The notes below the pieces were generated by a model that saw only the letters and a program-made list of their open reading frames with translations, had not been told where the DNA came from and made no database searches. Below are positions 28,776-37,877 of a stretch of DNA of 64,000 nucleotides, in pieces (position 1 is the stretch's first letter; every line of letters starts with the position of its first letter). The stretch comes from a virus: positions 76,165-140,164 of IMG/VR virus record IMGVR_UViG_3300032093_000021. One strand, 5' to 3'. Position numbers and translations under genes: made by a program.

Positions 28776-30770
28776 TTATTGGTTTAACAAACCAAATGTT
28801 ATTGCTCTTTGTGCAATTATTTCTTTTGCCCCATCAACTATTTTATCCATGAAAGGTTGACTTAATATTTCTGTTTTAGTGATGTAATTAGCAAGTTCTG
28901 CTGGATCCATCTTTATTGATAAACTTAAAGGGTTATTCGGATCTGCCGAAACGAGTACTTTCCCAACTGATGTATTTGCCAAAGTTTGAACATAAGTTGA
29001 ATAATTAACATTAGCTGGTGGTGCCGATGTAGATGTTGATGGTACCGAAGAAGATGATGGTATCAAACTTGATATACCCGGAATTGAGGATAAACTAAAT
29101 GATCCTGTCTGAACTTGTGTCAATATTTTCATGAACCCTTCGGAAAATTTATCATAGAAATTTTTAGCATCAGGAAATGCTTTTTCAAAACTTTCTTTGA
29201 AAGCGTTTTCAAATTGATCACTAATTGATTTAAGAAGTTTTGCGTCAACCGTACCTGTACTCATTGCCGTAGCCAATTGTGCCGCAGAATTAGTAATAGC
29301 AGCTTCTAATGGTTTCCATGTATTTGGATCTTCTATTTTTTGGAACATTTTACTTGGGTCATAATATGTACCGCCTCCTTGAGTGAACTCCCTATTTTCA
29401 ATTCCTATCGCAGCAGCACCTGTTGTTAACATTTCTCTACCTAGTTGTGCACCTTTTTGAACTATATTAGTTACCTTTGCACTTGAACCTAATCTTCTCG
29501 GTAAAATACCTTGTAAAGATTTTACTTCATTTATCAATGTCAATAAATGTCCATTGGATTCTGTTTGAAGTTGAACCATGTCTTTAGCGGGCTTTTCTTG
29601 TTCTGCCATTTTTGCTTCTAATGATTTCCAATCTTGTTCTGAAAGTTCATCTAATGCTTTTTCCATTCCATCAATAGTTACAACATATTGACCTTCGTAT
29701 TTTCCTCCCATTCTACCTATTGAAGCTAGTTGAGCAATCATTTGTCTACTCTTTTCGTCTTTAGCAAAATCCGGAAAAACTATTTCTGACATTTTTTTCT
29801 TTAACTCCCCTGTTTGTAAACCAACATTCATCAAGTAATCCAAACTCATCCCGGTTGATTCTGATATTTGTCTTATCAATGGTTTTGCATAATCATACAA
29901 TTCCATTTTTTGAGTACTTTCATTAAAGTATGTCAATTGAGACATGGCCTCTCCCAACGCTTCTTGTAGTTTTTGTGGATCATTTCTTGCCATGTCTTGT
30001 AATTCATAAGGATTCAATAGTGAAGTTACCGATACACCTAATCTTTGGAAATCCGCTGCCATTTGGACTGCTTTTTCAGGATTGAACAATTGGTCCGCAA
30101 TTTTCAAAGTATCATCCATTTTAATCTTCATACTGGTCGCATGTGCGGCCATTTTAGCCATACCCTCAACACCATTCTGAAAATTAAATAAATTTATTTT
30201 ACTCAAATTTGATTCTACTTGGTCAAAAACTTTTTGTGCGTTGACACCCGCTTCTCTTGCAACATTGAATATTTTTGTTGTTTCGTATCCAATATTTTTT
30301 ACATTAAAACCCGCCTGTGTAAACACATCTACTAACTTGGTTACCCCTTGTTGTGTAACTCCAAGTCCGTCGTTTGTCATATTAACAGTCGCATATAAAT
30401 CAGCATACGTTTCAGTTGTTAATATTGACATTTCACCCATAGACTCATTAACCCCTTTTTGGATGTCTAACAAATCGGCAAAACTTCCTCCCATACCTTT
30501 TACCGCAACCTCAGCTAATACCATAGAATTTCTTATTTCTTCAGCAAAAGCTCTGGATCCCCCGAATGAATAAGATAGTTTTCTTGCTACATTATCATAA
30601 TCTACTAACGCTTGTAGTGCTTGATCTGTAAATCCCTTAAATTGAGAGGTGATAACTTTTTGAATTTCCGCCGGTAAGGATGATAGGCTCTCAACACTTA
30701 GATCTTTTATAGGATCCGTTAATTCTTCATTTTCAGAACTATTACTTTTACCATATAAATGAAATAACAT
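28776..30770 (-). CDS. Tape measure protein
   Basis: Helical Ala/Met/Gln-rich 664-aa protein in the canonical position after tube and chaperone and before the baseplate genes. Confidence 0.75.
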   Translation of the reverse strand: MLFHLYGKSNSSENEELTDPIKDLSVESLSSLPAEIQKVITSQFKGFTDQALQALVDYDNVARKLSYSFGGSRAFAEEIRNSMVLAEVAVKGMGGSFADLLDIQKGVNESMGEMSILTTETYADLYATVNMTNDGLGVTQQGVTKLVDVFTQAGFNVKNIGYETTKIFNVAREAGVNAQKVFDQVESNLSKINLFNFQNGVEGMAKMAAHATSMKIKMDDTLKIADQLFNPEKAVQMAADFQRLGVSVTSLLNPYELQDMARNDPQKLQEALGEAMSQLTYFNESTQKMELYDYAKPLIRQISESTGMSLDYLMNVGLQTGELKKKMSEIVFPDFAKDEKSRQMIAQLASIGRMGGKYEGQYVVTIDGMEKALDELSEQDWKSLEAKMAEQEKPAKDMVQLQTESNGHLLTLINEVKSLQGILPRRLGSSAKVTNIVQKGAQLGREMLTTGAAAIGIENREFTQGGGTYYDPSKMFQKIEDPNTWKPLEAAITNSAAQLATAMSTGTVDAKLLKSISDQFENAFKESFEKAFPDAKNFYDKFSEGFMKILTQVQTGSFSLSSIPGISSLIPSSSSVPSTSTSAPPANVNYSTYVQTLANTSVGKVLVSADPNNPLSLSIKMDPAELANYITKTEILSQPFMDKIVDGAKEIIAQRAITFGLLNQ

Positions 30771-30803
30771 AATATTATTTTAAGATAAATATTTACAAAA
30801 AAA

Positions 30804-30959
30804 TTATTTAGGGGGCGTTATATCTTTAATATGTTGTTCAATCATAAATTTTCTTAACCATATGGGTATGTTAAAAAAATCTTGATATGAAACATTTAGA
30901 TATTTCGTACAAATATAATATTCAAAAGCTTGACTTTGTTTGTAATCAGAAGAAAGGCC
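30804..30959 (-). CDS. Start-less 51-codon ORF: putative frameshift extension of the tail chaperone (gp51/GT-like)
   Basis: The +1 frame after TTT TTT C reads GLSSDYKQSQAFEYYICTKYLNVSYQDFFNIPIWLRKFMIEQHIKDITPPK*. It has no ATG/GTG/TTG near its 5' end. Confidence 0.7.
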   Translation of the reverse strand, partial: GLSSDYKQSQAFEYYICTKYLNVSYQDFFNIPIWLRKFMIEQHIKDITPPK

Positions 30960-31698
30960 GAAAAAAGTCCACCCCGAAAGATACCTGTAAAGATACCTCT
31001 CTTCCTGATGGGGCGATAATAGTTCTTGTTAAGTCCAAACCGGGTTCATTTTCATTCATGAAATTTCTTATGTATTTTGAATCAGCTATTGGTAAACTTT
31101 CTATGGTTTGTTGTATAAAACCTTTTTCATTGTTACCATTTATTTCAATAATCATTCTACTCAACTTGTAAGTTTGTCTTGGTAAAACTCTTCCAGCGTA
31201 ATAACTTTGTAATGTTCTTTCTATTTCTTCGGACTCCCCAAAAGAAATTGGTTTCAATTTTACATTAAGTCCTGATTTAGGGAGAGTTGTCTCAAAATAA
31301 CCTTCTTCATTTGGTTGAACCTTTGTTTTTTTGAAGTTTAATTCATCCAAAAGAATTGTATGTGAAAATTCTTTATCTGTTCCTGGGTCAATTAAATTAA
31401 AGGTATATTCAGGTCCAAAAGCCGTATTTCTTAAGAAGATTAAAATTGCCTGTAGGTCACCATCCAAAAGTTCCTCAGGTCTTAATTCTGGTTCATAAAT
31501 TTTATTTCTTAACAAAGAAAGAATAACACCTTCTTTAATTGAGGTACCAGCCATGATTATGTTTTCATCAGCAGCTGTTAAGTACCCAACCTTTACACTT
31601 TTCTTTTTAGATTTGTAAAAGATTCCTCCCGTAGGTAATTTAACCACATCATGTGGTAGAGAAAAATTTTCTTGTCCGTATTTCATTGCTTCTTCCAT
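30946..31698 (-). CDS. Tail/baseplate hub assembly chaperone (T4 gp26-like)
   Basis: VKLPTGG.FY, LTAADENII, LLDGDLQAILIFLR..AFGPEY, LPKSG..VK.K, ends ...GVDFFRPFF. Lies between the tube and tape measure genes. Confidence 0.82.
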   Translation of the reverse strand: MEEAMKYGQENFSLPHDVVKLPTGGIFYKSKKKSVKVGYLTAADENIIMAGTSIKEGVILSLLRNKIYEPELRPEELLDGDLQAILIFLRNTAFGPEYTFNLIDPGTDKEFSHTILLDELNFKKTKVQPNEEGYFETTLPKSGLNVKLKPISFGESEEIERTLQSYYAGRVLPRQTYKLSRMIIEINGNNEKGFIQQTIESLPIADSKYIRNFMNENEPGLDLTRTIIAPSGREVSLQVSFGVDFFRPFF

Positions 31699-31728
31699 AA
31701 AAAAAACGTAGGGTTTTGTCCCTACGTT
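31699..31728 (-). terminator. Intrinsic terminator after tail tube gene
   Basis: Minus strand AACGTAGGG-acaaaa-CCCTACGTT followed by a T-tract abutting the next ATG. Confidence 0.75.
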
Positions 31729-31767
31729 AAATATAATTAACTTTACTTTTTATGTAAATATTATTAA

Positions 31768-32256
31768 TTAATAAACTAATATACATCTATCCATACGTAA
31801 AGTTGCGGAAATTTCCATGATCTTATCATCACTATAACCTAAATCACCGAATTTTACATCTTTAAGAAAAGTTCCTTCTAATATCCATTTCTCAACAACA
31901 ACACCGGTTGGATCTAACATCTCTAGATCTACGTTTCTTTTATAACCAACGGCATAACCCATACGACCTGTTACAGATTCAGCACACAATCTTACCCATT
32001 CCATAAGAGCTTGAGAAGCTGAAGGTCCTATTGGATCTCTAAACTTAACACTTATTGTTTGCCATTCAAATCTACCAGCCACATAAGTAGAAGTGTTCAA
32101 AAATGGTATATCAACAACTTTTATATCTATAGAAGGTCTGCTCGCAGAAGTAACAAACCACTCATTTATACCTAATGGACTTGGAAATCTTAAAATAAAC
32201 CTATTCGCTCTTTTCGGTTCGTAAGGTATAGGCATTTTCATTAGTAAATCAGCCAT
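31768..32256 (-). CDS. Tail tube protein (T4 gp19-like)
   Basis: YEPKRANRFILRF, SASRPSI, YVAGRFEWQTISVKFRDPI, MLDPTGVVVEKWILEG, LRMDRCILVY. Confidence 0.9.
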   Translation of the reverse strand: MADLLMKMPIPYEPKRANRFILRFPSPLGINEWFVTSASRPSIDIKVVDIPFLNTSTYVAGRFEWQTISVKFRDPIGPSASQALMEWVRLCAESVTGRMGYAVGYKRNVDLEMLDPTGVVVEKWILEGTFLKDVKFGDLGYSDDKIMEISATLRMDRCILVY

Positions 32257-32341
32257 AATAATTAGTTTTAATTTTTTTTATTTATTATAAATATATCCCA
32301 AATAATTTTTTTATTTACTTTTTTTTAAAAAAAAATATTAT

Positions 32342-33130
32342 CTAGTTTCCAGTATACTTAAATTTAACTCGCTTACTTAAAAATTCATCTTCACTAGTCT
32401 TTTCAATATTCTTTCTATCGTCATCTGAAAAACCTACAAATGGTAAAAAGAAATTTTTAACGTCATTTTTAATGTAAGCTTTTTTATTAAGTTCGTGTGA
32501 TAAATCCGTCACATAATTAACAAACTTTTTTAGAGCTTTGACTTTTTCTTGTTCCGGGTTGGCCTCACTTCCTTTTCCAAAACTTACAGGGTAAAACTGA
32601 CATAAATCTAAATATGAATTTATTAGTTCCATTTTGGACAGATCATCTTGATCCATAAATTCACGATATTTTTTTAAATTTTTGTATAGTTCGTTATTAT
32701 CAATACCATTGGTATTTGATACTATATAGTTATATACCGCTTCTTTTAATGTAGTGGGGTTGTGTCCTCTAGCGGTGATAATTGAAAATATTGATCCTCC
32801 ATTAATACATTCCACGAAATCGTTCCAAGAAGGTCCCGGTTCGGCTAACATGGAATCTATTATAAATCTTTTATCACCTTCGGTTCTAAAATGTCTGAAA
32901 GGATTTTCTGCATAACCAACTATTTGATCTCCTTTGTAGTTAAAATTTTCATTACCTATTCTTGACCTATACTTGGCAAAATCTTCAGTGGACATACCGA
33001 TCTCTTCCCCTTCAGAATTTTTTAACATTATATTTGTAGGCATATAAACTATATTATCATCCCAATCAAAAGCATAATATTTCAAATCGGGTGTTCCTTC
33101 TTTAAATCCTTCTTTAATAATTCTTTTCAT
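32342..33130 (-). CDS. HAD-superfamily phosphatase-like protein
   Basis: Motif I YAFDWDDNI, motif II IITARGH, conserved K, motif IV GFSDDD. Confidence 0.75.
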   Translation of the reverse strand: MKRIIKEGFKEGTPDLKYYAFDWDDNIVYMPTNIMLKNSEGEEIGMSTEDFAKYRSRIGNENFNYKGDQIVGYAENPFRHFRTEGDKRFIIDSMLAEPGPSWNDFVECINGGSIFSIITARGHNPTTLKEAVYNYIVSNTNGIDNNELYKNLKKYREFMDQDDLSKMELINSYLDLCQFYPVSFGKGSEANPEQEKVKALKKFVNYVTDLSHELNKKAYIKNDVKNFFLPFVGFSDDDRKNIEKTSEDEFLSKRVKFKYTGN

Positions 33131-33138
33131 AATTTTTC

Positions 33139-33201
33139 AAAAAAAGTGGGGTTATAAATTACCACAAATTTATAACTTTTCTGTGATAAATCTAACCCCA
33201 C
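33139..33201 (-). terminator. Long imperfect terminator hairpin after sheath gene
   Basis: GTGGGGTTA (33146-33154) pairs with TAACCCCAC (33193-33201), followed by a T7 tract on the minus strand. Confidence 0.6.
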
Positions 33202-33212
33202 CTATTTTAATG

Positions 33213-36200
33213 TTAGATATTTTCAAATGACGCACCTGTTGGTGTAATCAAGAATTCAATATCTATAAATTCAAGAGCTTTGGTAGGTTTAATGTAGATC
33301 TTACCAGTTAATTGATTTCTGTCTAAATCTTCAGGTGAAGAAGATACTGTGACACGGAAATCATATAAACCTCTATCTCTTCTGATACCATCTAATATAG
33401 GATTAACAGCATCTAAGAAATCTTGTCTTACTCTTTCATCATTCTGTTCAAACAACAATCTAACAGAAACTGCCGAAATTAATTTTCTAGCTTGAAGAAG
33501 TAATCTTCTAACATTGATACGATCAAGAGCGGATTCTCTAATTTGAAGAGTTTTGTTACCCCAAATTACTGTTCCCACGTCAGAGAATGTTGCAATTGGG
33601 TTAATTCTTCCTTGATAAAGAGTATCTCTATCTTGTTGTGTAAGTTTCTTTCTAGCCTTTATTGAATTAACAAGACCTCTTGTGTAACCTGCAGAAGCAA
33701 ACCACGGGAATGAAATGTTATCAGTCAATGCTAGATTTCTTGTTACCTCAGCGGTTGCCGGGATATAAATTTGAGTGTTATTAACAGTATCTCTTGTTAG
33801 AACCCAAGGATAATAAGTAGCCGTATAGTTTGAATCTATACCGGTTTCTTCCAAATTATCAACCGCTTCTTGTGGATAAATAAGATCCAAATTATCGGTA
33901 ATTGTAGGAACAAACATATTGTAATCAGGTGTTGTTGTAATGTAAATTGAGTCAGCTCTACTGAATTCAATCATGTCTATAGCTTCTTCTACTAAATTAC
34001 TATTGTTAACATGGTCAATACCCGGTGTTACAAAAACATTTATATTAACCGCCTCAGGGTTAGAGAAAGTGTGTTGTCCCAAAAGATAAGCGTAATAATC
34101 AGTATTTGCCCAATCTCCTGTGTTATCACCAACAGTAATTCTTCTGAATAGACCCGCTCCGGTTGCGTTGGGGTATCTATCATCCGGACAAGCTCCTTTG
34201 AGATATCCCGATTTACCAAGTACAAATTGATCTGAGTTTGTTCTATATTCTCTATATATATCCCATCCGTCAAAACCTCCAGCTACAAACAAAGTGAACT
34301 TCCTTGCAAATATTCTGTAGTAAGGATTTTGATCATCATCAGGATCTTCACGGAAAGTTGCAACACCACATTCAAACGCAGGTTGGCCTGATGTTGTGAA
34401 TCCTTTAGGTATTGTGATTACAGATGCACCCTCGTCCATATGGAAACCCGCAGTTTTGTAAGCCCAATCTTGTAAAGCCGGATTACAAACATCTCCAATG
34501 TTTTGTTTACCGAAATACTGATAAAAATCAGAATCATAACCTATAGAAGATGAAAGACCTAAATAAGTTCTTCTAACATTGTCACCCGCAGAAGAAACTG
34601 GATTATCAGTGCCTGAAGGGAAACCAAACGGAGGATTAAAGATTACTTCACCTGGGAAGAAATATTTTGTTTTATAGATCGGGAAAGGAGATCTTACACC
34701 ATCATACAATCTAAAATTATATCCTTCAAATCCACAAGGTAATGAATCAACAGGTGCCTCAACATTAAGTTCAACCATGATAAATTTAGAATTCAAAGCA
34801 AATTCACCATCTGAGGAACCAATTTTTTTACCTACATAGTTATTCTGACCCGGGTCCATAGAACAATTAGTGAATTTTTCTAATACAACCGGATTAGCAT
34901 CTGTATCATAGAAGTCTCTAACGATTACGTCAAACGTCAAGTTATTAAATGACATGTTAGCTAAAGAAATCTTCAACTGATCATTTGCACTATTCCCATC
35001 AGAAATTGATACAAATCTAAATAATCTATATACTTTATTACCTCTGAGTTCAGATACAACATAAGGACTTGCAGGACTTTGATATTTTTCGGCGTAGTAT
35101 GCAATATTATCAATTTTACCTGATCTTGCACTATCTAACTCAATTATGTCTTGTCTTAAACCTCTAATGTATCCTTTATTATATGCCCATCTTAAAAGAA
35201 CATCATATCTTTCTTCAACCATCAAAGGAACCTCTTTTCTGTCTTTACCAAAGTTGGATACACCAAATACCTTAGGAAGGTAAGTAGCGTCGGAAGAGGC
35301 CATTGAAGTTTTGAAAGTAAACAATTGATTGTCTTTATTAATAACATTGATACCAAAAGGAGCAAATGGATTCTTTCTAACAGCACCATAAGAACCTGTG
35401 AAATCAAGTGTAACTTTAGTACAATCATCAACTTCGTATTTAGGCCCATCGTCATCTTGATCAAAAATTGAAATACCTCTTGATCTCAAAGTTGCTATCA
35501 CAACATTATTATATTCTGTGTAACTTGTACCTGTATAATAGTATATTACACCATACATAGTTCCTGAGAAACAAACGGGAGGTGTGGTAGAAGTGGCCGT
35601 CGGTGTGACTGAAGGTGTTGGATTATCTTCACAAGGGTTTGGTGGTGTAGGAGCCGCGGTTGTAGTTGTTGTAGTATGAGGTGTGTTATTAGGAAACACA
35701 TATAAACTACCCACAGCGGTCCAAAATGAAAATCCTGAATAAGAATCTCCGGTTGGATTATCAAATAAAGAATAATACCATGAATCATTTTTTGGTGACG
35801 TATAATCAGCCAATAAGGAATCTACATTTGAAACATCCAATACGTTCGTTCCTGCTGTAAATCCTGAAGAAAGAGTTACATAGTCGTCATGTTCTATGGT
35901 ACCAAAATAATAGATAGAGGAAGCACTCTTTGAAGGTGTCGTGAAAATGCCTTGTAATTGAGCTTTCAAATCACTATCTAAAGTAGAAGTTCCACCATCA
36001 AACTTTGTATACTCATTGTTAATTATACTTTGAATTTCATTAGGGAAATTTGTTAAGAAATCAATTGTATCTATGGAGTTATTACATCCTGAGAAATTTA
36101 CCATAAAAGGTAATGTGACCGCAGTACAAGAAATGTCACAAGTTTGAGCGGTGAAATTGGGAGTTTTAACACATATTTCATTGAACCCTACAGTAGAACT

Positions 36201-36551
36201 ATCTACGTTGGCTATTGTTGTTATAGACCAAGAAGGTCCCGCATCATATCCGGACAATCCCAAAACTCTCGTCATGAACATTTGATTGGATTGTTGTAAA
36301 TAAGCTTTTGCTATATATGAAGCCTCATATTTAGGGATTTGAGTATTAACAAACTTTTCCGGAGAAGTTCCTCCGAAATATGTTTGAAACTCATCATAAT
36401 TTGTAATGAATATAGGTTCAAAAGCCGGTCCCTTCAAAGCTTCACCTACAATGCCCAAAGTAGTTACACCAACACTCTGAGAAACGAAACTTAAGTCCCT
36501 TTCAGAAGTGTAAACACCCGGAGATACGAATACTTTACTATTTGTTGCCAT
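33213..36551 (-). CDS. Contractile tail sheath protein (T4 gp18-like) with large insertions
   Basis: FVSPGVYTSERDLS, GEALKGPAFEP, SNYTATYYPW, PWFASAGYTRG, RDTLYQGRINPIATF, WGNKTLQ, INVRRLL, IYIKPTKALEFI. Confidence 0.96.
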   Translation of the reverse strand: MATNSKVFVSPGVYTSERDLSFVSQSVGVTTLGIVGEALKGPAFEPIFITNYDEFQTYFGGTSPEKFVNTQIPKYEASYIAKAYLQQSNQMFMTRVLGLSGYDAGPSWSITTIANVDSSTVGFNEICVKTPNFTAQTCDISCTAVTLPFMVNFSGCNNSIDTIDFLTNFPNEIQSIINNEYTKFDGGTSTLDSDLKAQLQGIFTTPSKSASSIYYFGTIEHDDYVTLSSGFTAGTNVLDVSNVDSLLADYTSPKNDSWYYSLFDNPTGDSYSGFSFWTAVGSLYVFPNNTPHTTTTTTAAPTPPNPCEDNPTPSVTPTATSTTPPVCFSGTMYGVIYYYTGTSYTEYNNVVIATLRSRGISIFDQDDDGPKYEVDDCTKVTLDFTGSYGAVRKNPFAPFGINVINKDNQLFTFKTSMASSDATYLPKVFGVSNFGKDRKEVPLMVEERYDVLLRWAYNKGYIRGLRQDIIELDSARSGKIDNIAYYAEKYQSPASPYVVSELRGNKVYRLFRFVSISDGNSANDQLKISLANMSFNNLTFDVIVRDFYDTDANPVVLEKFTNCSMDPGQNNYVGKKIGSSDGEFALNSKFIMVELNVEAPVDSLPCGFEGYNFRLYDGVRSPFPIYKTKYFFPGEVIFNPPFGFPSGTDNPVSSAGDNVRRTYLGLSSSIGYDSDFYQYFGKQNIGDVCNPALQDWAYKTAGFHMDEGASVITIPKGFTTSGQPAFECGVATFREDPDDDQNPYYRIFARKFTLFVAGGFDGWDIYREYRTNSDQFVLGKSGYLKGACPDDRYPNATGAGLFRRITVGDNTGDWANTDYYAYLLGQHTFSNPEAVNINVFVTPGIDHVNNSNLVEEAIDMIEFSRADSIYITTTPDYNMFVPTITDNLDLIYPQEAVDNLEETGIDSNYTATYYPWVLTRDTVNNTQIYIPATAEVTRNLALTDNISFPWFASAGYTRGLVNSIKARKKLTQQDRDTLYQGRINPIATFSDVGTVIWGNKTLQIRESALDRINVRRLLLQARKLISAVSVRLLFEQNDERVRQDFLDAVNPILDGIRRDRGLYDFRVTVSSSPEDLDRNQLTGKIYIKPTKALEFIDIEFLITPTGASFENI

Positions 36552-36584
36552 TTAAAAAAAAATTTTAGATTTATTTATTTAATC

Positions 36585-36636
36585 ATAAATATTTCTTTTT
36601 TTAGCAAAAAACTTTACTTTTCAAAAGATATTTATA
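36585..36636. promoter_or_regulatory. Back-to-back ATATTTAT late-type promoters (sheath gene on minus, RHH gene on plus)
   Basis: ATAAATAT at 36585-36592 and ATATTTATA at 36628-36636. Confidence 0.6.
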
Positions 36637-36679
36637 AGTTGGCAGATTATTTTCTACCTTTTTTCTGCCTGTCATAGTT

Positions 36680-36841
36680 ATGTCAGAAAACAAAAAAATA
36701 AAGAATATTAAGATATCAATAGAATCACACGAGGTTCTCAAAAAATATTGTGAAAAAAAAGGAATTAAAATTTACAAATTTTTAGAAAATTTAATTTTTG
36801 AAAAGTGTAAAGAAAAGAAGGATATCTATGGTGAATCCTAA
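36680..36841 (+). CDS. Small ribbon-helix-helix-like DNA-binding protein (53 aa; not in ORF track)
   Basis: MSENKKIKNIKISIESHEVLKKYCEKKGIKIYKFLENLIFEKCKEKKDIYGES*: alternating beta strand, helix, G turn, helix. It has its own ATATTTAT motif upstream. Confidence 0.75.
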   Translation: MSENKKIKNIKISIESHEVLKKYCEKKGIKIYKFLENLIFEKCKEKKDIYGES

Positions 36842-37875
36842 ACTATATTGGCTGTGAAGTTAAGTTTAGATGAATTACTTGATACAGATTTCACTATTTC
36901 AAACCTCAACAAATCTTCACTATTGACTTGAATTTTTGATAAGTTAGACCCATAATATTCATCGTTAATGTAAACCTCATATGACTGATAGTTTACACCA
37001 TCTACAAAAGACAAATCTACTTTATCAAAAAATCTTTTATTAGTTACATTTGATGTTTCAGAAAACAAAACTTCCACACTATAAGTTGATGGGTTAGTTG
37101 ATGGTTTTCTCTTTTTCTTTTTTCTATTGTCCCCTGAAACTTCATATAATTGTAAAACTCTTGAAACCGCTGGTTTGATTTCAAATTCGTCTTCATCCAT
37201 TAGGAACCCTAACATTGTGAAATCATATGATTGTATGTAGTATTTCCTTTTTTCCAAATCCATAACTGATTCATCAGATACATTATCCCATATTATTGGA
37301 ATATAATGTCCTTTAATTTGTGTGTAAGCTTGACGGGATGAAAATTTTTGTAAAACAACTTTGTTAAAACTATTTAATTCTCTCATTCTATTACAAATGA
37401 TTTTAACAGAAAATTTTAAATCAACCGGAATTGGTTGTGGAATTTTATAAACATCTACGTTCAATCTGTTGCCGTCGTAATTTGGAACCGACGCATAATA
37501 AAATTGTTTTCTCACGGGAATGGTGTATATTGCAGGATTACCCCCAAATTTCATTTCCGGACTTTTTACAACTGATATGAATGGAGGTGAAATATTGTTA
37601 TCCAAATCTTGAAAATTCCAAGTTTCAGTAAATTGAGCCCAATTCTGAGTGGTGATTATAATATCAACATTAGGAACCTTTTTACCATCAACAACAAGTT
37701 TAAGATCTTCCTTCACAAAGTCCAAAAATCCCCTATCCAAATCAGCATGAAGAATTGATTTTGGAAGAAAAGTTCCCTTTTCGTTTATTTTTTCCAATAA
37801 CTCAACTCTTCTCGGATATAGAGTTCTCTGATATCCTAAAGTAATATCTTTTTTTATTTTTTTAGGGAATCCCAT
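36838..37875 (-). CDS. Tail terminator / head-tail connector (T4 gp15-like)
   Basis: DLDRGFLDFV, PPFISVVK, PQPIPVDLKFSVKIIC, FTMLGFL; position in the neck/sheath region. Confidence 0.65.
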   Translation of the reverse strand: MGFPKKIKKDITLGYQRTLYPRRVELLEKINEKGTFLPKSILHADLDRGFLDFVKEDLKLVVDGKKVPNVDIIITTQNWAQFTETWNFQDLDNNISPPFISVVKSPEMKFGGNPAIYTIPVRKQFYYASVPNYDGNRLNVDVYKIPQPIPVDLKFSVKIICNRMRELNSFNKVVLQKFSSRQAYTQIKGHYIPIIWDNVSDESVMDLEKRKYYIQSYDFTMLGFLMDEDEFEIKPAVSRVLQLYEVSGDNRKKKKRKPSTNPSTYSVEVLFSETSNVTNKRFFDKVDLSFVDGVNYQSYEVYINDEYYGSNLSKIQVNSEDLLRFEIVKSVSSNSSKLNFTANIV

Positions 37876-37877
37876 TA

